Below, in pieces: positions 25,201-36,292 of a DNA stretch of 64,000 nucleotides; the first letter of the stretch is position 1; each line of letters starts with the position of its first letter. This DNA is from Lingula anatina (taxonomy: Eukaryota; Animalia; Brachiopoda). Under the pieces are notes generated by a model. That model saw only the letters and a program-made list of their open reading frames with translations. It ran no database searches and was not told the origin of the DNA. The translations under genes were made by a program, and so were the position numbers. The stretch is from positions 4,278,001 through 4,342,000 of the forward strand of contig CM120641.1 in the NCBI GenBank assembly GCA_051362555.1, given 5' to 3'.

Positions 25201-26574
25201 GTACAGAGTGTAGAAAAATCAGATTGAGGAAGGTATGTATTACAGTAATGCATTGGATCATTTGGGCATCTAATCAAATTGAAAATGAGATAATTGATCT
25301 AATTTGTAGTGTACCTTGTACACTTGGAAATGAAATGTGCATTGTGAAAATCTGACCATTTTGCTTACACGGAAGCTATACATTTTAACTTGGAGTTGCT
25401 TTTTTTGTGGTTTGGACTGATGATTTAAGTCAAGCAAAGACTGGTCAGAATATAGGGAATTACTGTTTACCCTCGGAAATTAGTTTTCCATGAGTTTTTG
25501 AGACTTTTTTTGGCCCTGACAGCTCTGTAATGGCCCAATTGCATATTTAACCAGAGTAGAGTTTTCTCCACTGCTGATTTCTGCATTTTAAAATTCGTTT
25601 CTGATTGTTCCTGTGGGCTTGGTTCTATGAAATATGTTCAAGTTCTTAAATTTTTTTTTTTTTTACAAATTATCTAGCTTTAATACCTTGTCTTTGAAAA
25701 AAACAGTTAACTATTAAAGGCTTTGAAATGCTCAAAATAAAATTGGTGCAATGATTATTATTGATCTCATTAGAAAAATTTTCCTTCATCATTTTGCATT
25801 TTTGTAGACATGTACAATTAATTGAAATTCACAATGTTTTTCTTTTAGATTGTGTCTGCAAATGGTTCAACACAACTTAGACGGAGTTTAAGAAGACTAT
25901 CACAGTAAAGTTGAACAATGTGCAAAAGACTTTTGTCTAAAATTCTTCAATTATTAAGTGTCTAAAGCAGTATGCTGACAATGTACACAATCTGGCCAAG
26001 GGAGGTTTTAGCCACTCATTCTGGCAGGAGTTCGAACGCACACAAGAAAAAGACAGTGATGCCACAGCTTGACAAGACATATTTGATCCTGTGATAACTT
26101 ATAGAACTTATAATTCAAAAGCAGTAGCAGCATCGTTAAATTTGCAAAAATCTATGAAACAATTCTCTAGTTAACTGGTTGCATAGCATACTGTGGAATA
26201 TGTACATTTATACATTTTTATATATTGAATAAAGAATGTAAACATGATACTCTCTTTTGTTTTGAGGGACCAGTGCCTATAACCAATTTTGCCTAAGTTC
26301 CAACAATATATAAAAAGCTGTAAAAATATTCAAAACAGTTAATATAAATTTCTATAGGTTCCTATAAGATTTCCTATAGGATCCTATAAGATTTCCTATA
26401 GGATCCTATAGGAAATTGGGCCAATTTCCTATAGGAACCTATAGGAAATTCTATAGGATCCTATAGGAAATTAGGCCAATTTCCTATAGGAAATTCTATA
26501 GGATCCTATAGGATATTCTATAGTATCCTATAGGAAATTTCCTATAGGAATCCTATAGGAAATTTTCGTAAGGG
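22264..26574. mobile_element. Composite non-autonomous TIR element with CCC termini, TA flanks and CCTATAGG subterminal arrays (CMC/EnSpm-like)
   Basis: Left TIR CCCTTACGAAAATTTCCTATAGGA occurs at 22264 and again at 23790; right TIR TCCTATAGGAAATTTTCGTAAGGG ends at 26574. There are dozens of palindromic CCTATAGG motifs, 22880-23015 is inverted at ~26222-26360, and no transposase ORF is present. The superfamily assignment is an inference. Confidence 0.85.
24778..24945. mobile_element. 168-bp MITE with 5-bp TSD nested in the CCTATAGG element
   Basis: TIRs CAGGCCCGTAGCCAG...CTGGCTACGGGCCTG with TSD CAACT (24773-24777, 24946-24950). The empty site CAGTCAACTGATG is present in the duplicated segment at ~23720-23731. 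Confidence 0.9.
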
Positions 26575-27177
26575 TACATGTGTGTTTGGAGGGGGGGGGG
26601 GGGGTAATTGTGCTGAAATTAGTTTTCATTTTAGTTTGGGTTATTAAATAGCTGAAAGTTGTTTCCAGCTAGAAGAATGTAAAATACTCTACATGTAGAT
26701 TTGTAGACCTCTCCTTGTGTATTTGTAGCCATGCACATACATTGCTTCGCTAGCCCCTGTGTTCTCACGTAGTGTATTAGGGTGAAATTATTATATAACA
26801 GGTAGTGTCATGTTCATTCTCGTGGGGAGTGGCAGCCAGACCTCATTGACCAGTAACCCCCATGTTAAAGGGATAAGTGGTGTGATGAATCTGGTGAGGG
26901 GTGTTAACTGAATCTTATTGGCCACATAGTTACACTTAGAATGTTCTTCATTCACAATTACATGATACCAACAAGATACTCACTGTTCTACAGATAGTAC
27001 TAGGAAGAAGCATCTCTGTTCACTGTAGGAGTTAAAGTCATTGGGAATCTGTAGCATGTTTTCAGAACTGCTTTGCACATTTTAGCCAGTGAGACCACTT
27101 CTTTTTACCACTACCACATCTCAACAAGACGTGTTGTATTGGTATGCTGTCTTATGACAATAGCCAACAGTCAGAAT

Positions 27178-27336
27178 GGGGCTGTAACAATAGTCCAAAG
27201 GTTCAATAGGCCAAAGGTTCAATTGTCTGAATGTTCAATATAGAACCTTCGGACCAACGAACCTTTAATTAAAAAACTGCTGAAAATATTAAATTTTCCA
27301 AACTAATGAACCTTAATTTGGACTATCGAGCCCCCC
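27178..27336. mobile_element. Diverged copy of the GGTCCGAAGGTTCATT-repeat MITE family
   Basis: GGGGCTGTAACAATAGTCCAAAGGTTCAATAG...GGACTATCGAGCCCCCC is colinear with 19125-19298. Confidence 0.75.
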
Positions 27337-30300
27337 AGTACAGTAATGATGAGGGACATACTGAAAGGGCTGCAGCCCCCACATTTTTGGCAACAAGTGT
27401 AATGATAAAGGTGACAAATTGTAAATAATTGTTTATCATTATTGCTTCTTGTAACAGAATGACTGATTTTCTTAGATATTGGTGGTTGATACAGATATGA
27501 CCTTAAAAGGACTAGTGTGTATGGCAAACAGTGACCCACACATGATGACCTTTGATGGTGTGTAAGTATCATTTATGATGTGCTTTTTATGTTACAGCAA
27601 GGAATCATATTTTTCTTTGAATTGAAAAAAGTCTTCCATGTGAACTTCAATGTCAGCTTCTCAGTCAGCATCTCAAAGAGTGATCCTATAACCAAGTCCC
27701 TTAATTAATTAACAATAACCAACATTTTACTCTATTGTCTGTCTGCATGTCTCTACTTATTCTGACCTATACCATTCCTTTGTATCTAATTCCTTGGTTA
27801 TATAAATTTGACGTGATAAAATATATGGTATGTCTTCTCAAAGCTAACATATTAAATAAGGATCTGATAGAGATGAGGATTGTGGGGGGTTTTCCTTCTT
27901 TTCTTTTATGATGTTCTCCACTAAATTGGGAAACCCATTTTTAAGAATTTCGATTCAATAATATTCCTAATGTATTTCAGTCGATATGAATGCCAGCTTC
28001 CCGGAGAATTCATAATGTATAAACACCGAACTCTGCCAATCCAGGTATGATTACATTGTATGACATTAATACCCTTTGATGTGACTGGTACATGTATCCT
28101 TTGTGACATCAAATTTAGTTTTGTCTCTTGCCATTTTTAAATATCATTTTCTGTCTTATTATTTCATCTTGTTTTGCTGTACATTAATTATTATCTACAA
28201 CTGAGACAGCTTCCTGCTGTTATGTAATTTCAGAATGAAGAATGCTAGGTTGGCATATTAAATTTATTTATAAATGCAATATTTTTTTCTAAAATCTTTT
28301 TACCTTGCCTCCAATATTTTTTATTTTGCGTTTCAGGTGCATGGTTTCTTCAAAAAGTGTAATAATGGACATGCTTTTTGTCCTTGTGCTGTCACAGTCA
28401 TGTCTGGAGGTGATCTTTTTATTTTTGACAGATGCAGAGCTGGAACAGGGTCTGAAACAACTAAGGGCATCAAAAGACCAATGCGTTCAGGACTTCTGGG
28501 TTGTGAACATGGACAAATGAGAGTGGAGTCATTTAATAATGCAAAAGATTTTAAGGTTTGCGCTTTATTTTTAATATTGATTTATGATACTTAAAATAGA
28601 TATCTACACAACTGCTTATTTATGAAATTTGAGAATATACTAAACTTGGTAAAATACATAATGTGCATTTCAAGCTACTTGCACTTACTACAGCAGAAAT
28701 TTTATCATTTAGCCAAACCATAACTTCTAATTTGAACTTGAACATTTTCTGTAAGAAATACATTATCTTTACTATGTGGCAAGTATTTGATATACCAGTA
28801 TAAACCTATTGTTGTAGTCTTCGAGACAGTTCCTGGTTCAGAGTATAGTTAAACCAAACTAATCAGAGAAAAATAACAGCACCACAAATAAAAATCAACT
28901 AGCAATTAAATTTGGTTTCATTGTGCATGTAATCAGTTTCTTTTTTGGATATATATTTCAGATATATTTGCCAACAGGAGGTTATGTATATGCCAGATCA
29001 TATTATTACATAGATGACTATTACATGAATATCCACATTCACCCAGGGTCTAAGGATGTAGAATCTACTGTAGGGCTCTGTGGAACTCTGAACGGAAACA
29101 AAAATGATGATTTTCTACGACGTGATGGTACAACAGACCCTATCTCATTGTACCCCAATGATTTCTCACTGTCATGGAGGTGAGGCACATTTCACGCTTT
29201 GGCAAGCAATAAACGGTCAATAGACCCAGATTAATATCTAGATTAATTAACAGTTATACAGAAAAGTGTTTTTATTGAAGGAACAACTTTTAACTCTTAA
29301 TTTAATTCACATTGCCTCATTGCTGCTTGAGGTGCTTCATTTATTTAAATTTATTGCATTCAGGGAGTGTTTTCCCCATGGAGTTGATCAACATAAAAAG
29401 ATTCAGTGGGAATGCATGCCCAACTTGCACACCTATCAGACTAGCACAATTGATCCACTCACACCTAACACACTGCACCTTACATTGGGCTGTTGCAGCT
29501 GTGAAGAATAACAGTACATAATTACAAGATATGCCTTGTGAAATAAGGCAGAAATGTTCCTTTGACTTTTTCTTGGAATATACATGACACTTGTGGTTTG
29601 TTACAGCATGAAAGATAATTTATGTCAGAATTTCTTATCAGTTATTTATTATTATTATTTAGTATTCATATTTTTCTCTTATAGTTATTATTTATGATCC
29701 ATGAATATATGAATATGATTTTTAAAAATGTCCAAATTTCAGAGTGTCTGATACCTCAGATTCAATGTATAATGGCATCCCAGCATCCTCCAATGTGACC
29801 TCCATTCAGGCAGAGTATTGCAGATGCCCCGCCATACCAGTGCCAGTAGTTGGCAACATTTTGTTTAACAGTACCCTTCCACTGGATTGTAGCTACACAG
29901 AGAATGTTGCAAAGTGTGCTTCAGACAACAGCTACTCAGTGAAACAACTTGCAAAATGTCGAAAAAGAAGAGCTGCTGCTGGTCATGATGAAATATTCGA
30001 GATACGTGAATTTGAATATAACCCGGATGACAGAATAGATGTGAGATGCATTTCAGCTTCCTACCCACAACCCATACTGGCTATGAATCTTTTGTTTAAA
30101 TATAATTTTCAGCAAGAATTAGAGTTATAATGATTTATATCTTAAAACCTCGCTATAAATTTTGGGAGTTTTTGCTCATTCAAGATCGAGTCAAGTTATT
30201 TTATGCTAGTTCTATATTCCAGTTCTGCTGTGAGTTAATTCACACCTAACTTTTCAGTAAAATATGCTTATTGCATTCATTATATGTACTGTGGGTAGTA

Positions 30301-30771
30301 TTAATAATGATAATTGAAGGTTCTAGTTATATTACTTGTAAGTAAATGGCAATATCTTTGTTACTTATAATTAGGCACCAACATGGCAGAATGGTTGGAC
30401 AGAAGCTAAGGCAGAGGAGTTCTGCAGTAATTATATATATAACAGCAGTGTTGGGAAAGCCTGTCAAGCAGTAGAGAATGTGGATTATGAAGTTGCACTC
30501 AAAGGATGCAAGGATGACATACATGTAGGTATTTCATTCCCTTGACTCAATAACAATTGTTTATGACAGTCACTTGGTTGCCCAAATGCCCACCGTTCAA
30601 CTGCTTTATTTCTTTGGTGTTTAATTAAAGTGGTAACTGTATTACACATTCCTGTGATAATGTTTATGTTTGCATCTTTTAATTTATTTCCTGTTGGTGT
30701 GGGCATCACATTGTCTCCATCTGTTTCACCTCCTGAGGCCAGCCCCAGAAATATTGTCATCATCTGCTCAG

Positions 30772-30772
<1 letters not shown>

Positions 30773-30811
<39 letters not shown>

Positions 30812-31158
30812 TTTGTTTATTTTAAGTCTGAATTCCTTGTACATATATATATGTTCAGTAGACTTACAATTATGTGCATTACAAATATAACATATAGTTA
30901 GACACCTGGTCATTACAATCAATGTTAGGAGGATACAGCCCTGCTGCCGTATGAGGCACTGAGTGCTAGCAAACCTACAATATTGTTCTCTGCCTGACCT
31001 GGGCCCAGCTTCAATCCCTAACTGCTGAGTTCAAAGCAGAAAGACAGCAGGTACAGTTTATAAAGGACTGGTACAGCTGTACGTCCCTGGATGGGATTGA
31101 ACCCATGGCCGCCCACTCCGGATGCGTGCACTCTAACCACAAGGCAACCTGCCCGGTA
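30773..31158 (-). mobile_element. tRNA-derived SINE with (TTA)n tail
   Basis: Minus-strand head has an A-box-like TGTGGTTAGAGTG and a B-box GGTTCAATCCC (plus-strand ~31093-31141), with an (AAT)12 tract at 30773-30808. The whole segment is absent from the paralogous intron at ~58140-58190, whose flanks join directly. Confidence 0.7.
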
Positions 31159-32261
31159 TGATGATGTGTATCACAATTCAAGAGATATTCTAATTACAAT
31201 TTTCTCCCTACATTTAGTTAACAGGAGGCACTGCCTGGGCCCTAGCAGCACTCGATTCTATCAAGGGAATGTGTGTCGCAGAACTGTCCAAAAATGAGAG
31301 CTACTGGGTAGTTGACAACTCTACAGGAGAGGTTGCTCTTCCAGAAGAGTTGGATGTCATCCAGTGCCCTAATGATTGCAGCAGCAATGGTGTATGTACT
31401 AGAAATAATGGTAAGATATATTCTACACTATATTTGTTCATTCAATGTTTTCATAATTCTGGCTGGTGTGGTAGGAGTGGGGTTGATTTATAAGTATAAT
31501 GACCTTGCTACAATTAACATTGGGTCTCTGTAAGGGACCAGAATGAATAAAGTGTGCCAGTGCTCCATCATTAATATCATTTTATAATGATAGTTTTCAA
31601 GCATGATGATTAGGCCAGATTGCATACATTTCCACTCATTTTAGGTACTAGTACCTGTGAATGTTACCCAGGGTATGTGTCAAGTGATTGTTCTATTAGC
31701 AGGGATACTATTCCTGACTTATATTATATGCCAACAAATGGGATTTGTGACATATCTCAGCGGCCATGTCTTGAAACTCCAGTTTATGGAGGCCCGTTTG
31801 TACAGTCATCAAACCTGTCTTGTAAAACAGAACATCTCGCGGTAAGTTTTTATTAATAAATTGATTGCAAGTGGTAATATTTTTTATATCTAATAGACAA
31901 TCTTTGAAAATATTAATGACTATAGATAACTACATAGTGTAACAATATTCTCAGAAATATTTTAATTTTTTAAAACTTTTTCACTAGGCATCTGGTGTGA
32001 TAACTGAATATAATGATGCAGAGTTCGTAAATGAAGAAGAGGTGATCTGCCCATTCCCAAAATCACGTCTAAAGAGGAGTGATATCAGTAGCGATGAAGT
32101 GATCAAGGTTTACAATATCAGCATCAGTAATGATGGTACAAACTACAGTCAACCTCTGAAAGTGGCTGTGTATGACTCTAATTGCTACAAATGCGATGGG
32201 CCAATACAATGCCAGTTAAAGGTAACAAGTAACATTTATGTAGTCACCAAAATAAAAATTA

Positions 32262-32427
32262 CCCTTAGCAAAATATCAGACCTGCAACAAATTTACAGCA
32301 AATATGTAGCAATATTGCTGCAAATAAGCAGCAATAAAGTTCTTTTCTTGCAAACTCATTGCCAAAAACATTTAGTTAGCAGCAATGTTGTTGCAATATT
32401 GCTACAAACTTTCTATTTGGCTAAAGG
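32262..32427. mobile_element. 166-bp MITE with CCC-type terminus and TA flanks
   Basis: TA-CCCTTAGCAAAATA...TATTTGGCTAAAGG-TA; absent at the paralogous site (~56805-56830). Confidence 0.75.
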
Positions 32428-32818
32428 TAACTTGTGAACAAAGAAATGTATTTTAGTTCTCTTAATGAAAATAGTATGTTCAAGTAATTAACAGATAACC
32501 ATCTCAAGTCTGTTTTAAAGATATCTGCAGTATTATTGAAGAAATAGTACATCATACAATTTTTAAGTAATATCTTTTCAGACCTTATGTTTATTTTTAA
32601 TCACAATGGAGCCGAGGTTTAATGACTGTACCCCCGCAGGGACGACGCATGGGGAGGCGTGTGAGAGGTGGAGAGACTATTAAAAGATTAATAGGCAGTT
32701 TTCCTTTCATGTACGTCCGCCATATTTAGTTAGTGGCTTTGTAGAGCCATGGCTCAACTCAGATGCAGTCTAAGTTTTACAAAATTAGTTGTGATAGAAC
32801 TTATATGATTATTTTCAG

Positions 32819-33531
32819 AATGGAACATGCAGCATAAATGGTAAATGCTATAATAATGAGGAACAAAACCCCAGTGATGCCTGCCAAATCTGTAATCCTA
32901 ATGTCACTGCTAGTGATTGGTATCTTCAGGTATGTAACTCTTTTCAGAGAGCAACTGTAGTAGGACACAAACAAGTTAAGGCCCAATGTCTGTGTACAGT
33001 AGTTTTTTACAGTAGTTTTTCATATAAACAATGAATTGTCTTCAGTCAAAGCATTTGGAGTAAGATTAATTTGCTTTAATGTAAAAATACTAATGCCTTC
33101 CACATATGGTACTTTTTTTCCAAACCCAAGTTTTAATTTTTTTGTACTAGTATGTAAAAACCACATTAAAATTTCCCCAGTATTAAGGAGTTGTACAAAT
33201 TCTTACCTGTACCTGTACATGTATCTTTTTTTTTCAGCCCAGTACCTGCACCATTGACAACCAGTGTTACACAGATGGTCAAGAAAGGACAGGGTCTTTT
33301 TGTGATGTTTGTTCTTCAGATAAGAACAGAAATTCTTGGGATATTTAGGTATTTTTTAAATAATTTGTTTTCCCAAGTAAATAAGCCATTGTATTTTATT
33401 TTACATTTAGATTTTTGAACACTTCTTTTTAATGATTTAACATCATTTAAGTATAGTGGCATGCCATGAATTTTTCCACATAAGTAGAGTTTTATTGAAA
33501 AAATAACAATACAAACAACATGTATCAAAAA

Positions 33532-33574
<43 letters not shown>

Positions 33575-36292
33575 AATAAAAGATGCATTTATGTCTCCAG
33601 CATGGCACCTGCAGTATAAATGGTTCATGCTACAATGAAACCCAGCAGAACCCAGCAAGGCCATGCCAGATTTGTGATCCCAGAGTGTCAAACACAAAGT
33701 GGACACAGCTGGTGAGAAGTTCTTTCATTTCGAAAAAGTCATTTTATTATATGTATAGCATGGCAATTTGGGTAATATAATGTCTGTTTGATGAAACTAC
33801 TGTATTATGACAAGAATATTCTCTGAATAATAACTAACAAAATATGAAAAAAAAATCCAGACAACTTCCTTAAAACTTTATTTGGCAGAAAGCTCTATTG
33901 AAAAATTGTTTTCATACTTTTTTTCAGAGTGAAAATTGTGAAATTGAGGGGATCTGTATTGGCAGCCTTGAATCAAGAAGAGATCATGTGTGTCACATTT
34001 GTTCTCCCAGTACATCTAGAACCTCTTGGACAATCAAGGTATTACTGGTACATGTATATATATTCAACAATTCACATAGCCTGGGGTAATTTATTGTCCA
34101 TGAATTGTCTTTTCATATCAGATATTAAGATTAATTTATATACTCTAATAAAAGATGTATTTATGTTTCCAGAATGGCACCTGCAGTATAAATGGTTCAT
34201 GTTACAATGAAACCCAGCAGAATCCAGCAAAGCCATGCCAGATTTGTGATCCCAGAGTGTCAAACACAGAATGGACAGATCTGGTGAGAAGTTATTATTT
34301 AGAAAAGAAATGATCTAATAACATAAAGCTTTACTGTGGCATCATGTTGAAAAGATAAGGAAAAGTTCAGTTCTGAAAATGTATTCATTTTGTCAAATAA
34401 TCAGCAATTATTGTCTGTGATTCATGTTTTGGGGTTCAAAGAAAAATGCAACATCTATTATAAAATTAATAGTTATTCTTAAATAAGAATAAATGTTCTC
34501 AAATAAGTTTTTAAAATGATACATTTTCTCTGTCCAGAATGGCACCTGCAGTATAAATGGTTCATGCTACAATGAAACCCAGCAGAACCCAGCAAGGCCA
34601 TGTCAGATTTGTGATCCCAGAGTGTCAAACACAAAGTGGACACAACTGGTGAGAAATTCTTTAATGAAAAATTTTTGGATTATATAGTGTTTAGTTAGAA
34701 GAAAGTTACTACTTAATAATACCAAGAAAGAACTTTTACTGAATTATGCCAAATGAATGATGAAAATAATTCCAGATATCTGCTTGATCAATTATATTCA
34801 GTAGTAAGTTCTGCTGAAAGTTATGTTGTAATTTATTTCAGAGTGAAAGTTGTGAAATTGAAGGAAGTTGCATTGGCAACCTAGAATCAAGAGATGGTCA
34901 CATGTGTCACATTTGTTCTCCCAACATCTCTACAACCTCTTGGACAATCAAGGTACTAGATATATTCTGATATCAGTTAATTATCACATAGCATGTGGTA
35001 AATTCATTGACCATGGATAGTGTCCTCATATCAGATATTAAACTTTATTAATATTCTTAAATAAAAGTTACTAAAAAATGAAATATCTGCTTCCAGAATG
35101 GCACCTGCAGTATAAATGGTTCATGCTACAATGAAACCCAGCAGAACCCAGCAAGACCATGCCAGATTTGTGATCCCAGAGTGTCAAACACAGAGTGGAC
35201 ACAGCTGGTGAGAATATATAATTTATAAAAGAAAATGATGTAATAACATAAATCATTACTGTGGCATCATATTGAAAAGATTAGGAATGGTTCAGTTCTG
35301 AAAGTGTATTCATTTGGTCAAATAATCAATGATAGTTGTCTGGAATAATGTTTTAGGGTTCAAAGAAAAAAGCAACATTCATTTCAAGAATGGCACCTGC
35401 AGTACAAATGGATCATATTACATGTACAAGGAACTTGTAATGGTCAATTTTCTCTCACTTGGAATTATCCATTAGTTTTGAGTAAAAAATACTATTTTTG
35501 TCCCCAGAATGGCACCTGTAGTATAAGTGGTTCATGCTACTATGAAACCCAGCAGAATCCAGCAAAGCCATGTGAGATTTGTGATCCCAGAGTGTCAAAC
35601 ACAGAGTGGACAGAGCTGGTGAGAATGTCTTAAATTATTTAGAAAAGAAATCATGTAATAACATACAGCACTGCTTTGGCATCATGTTGAAAAGATTAGG
35701 AATAGTTCAGTTCTGAAAGTGTATGCATTTGGTCAAATAATCTGCGATAGTTGTCTGTGGTTCATGTTTTGGGGTTCAAAGAATATTGCAACATCAATTA
35801 ATAACTTGATTAATATTCTCAAATGAAAGTTTTAAAAATGATACATTTTCTCTTCCCAGAATGGCACCTGCAGTATAAATGGCATATGCTACAATGAAAC
35901 CCAGCAGAACCCAGCAAGGCCATGCCAGATTTGTGATCCCAGAATATCACAGACTGTGTGGATTATTTTGGTAGATACATGTGGTTTTATTTAAGCATAG
36001 TATATTTTCTGTATATAATAATTTTCTTATATTTATATAACTTGTTTCTGACTTTGAGTATTCTTGAACTTGTATTAAGTGAAGATAAATTAACTGTTAT
36101 TGCAGTTTGTTGTTACATGACATTGTGCAAAGTACAGAATCAAAACATCACTCTTATTCATTTATATATTTTTTCAGAATAACACATGTTTGATAGATGG
36201 TGTTTGTTACAATACATGTCAAGCTAACCCAGTGGACAATACTACAGTCTGTCATTCCAGTACCACGGCATACAACTGGACTTCAGCTGATG
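32819..36292 (+). repeat. Array of 11 Cys-module exons (copy 1)
   Basis: 111-nt phase-0 exons start at 32819, 33238, 33601, 33928, 34173, 34538, 34842, 35097, 35508 and 35860, followed by a terminal 115-nt exon at 36178-36292. A truncated exon start lies at ~35389-35422. Confidence 0.9.
33528..33575. repeat. (AAAT)n microsatellite
   Basis: About 11 tandem AAAT units immediately upstream of the 33601 exon acceptor. Confidence 0.9.

Noticed and set aside
22264-26574. CRISPR-like appearance of regularly recurring palindromic CCTATAGG units
   Set aside because: There are no constant-length unique spacers and no cas genes, the context is a eukaryotic intron, and the units lie within TIR-bounded transposon ends.
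31085-31155. tRNA gene
   Set aside because: A and B boxes are present but no convincing cloverleaf forms. It continues into a body and simple-repeat tail and is absent from the paralogous intron, so it is a SINE.
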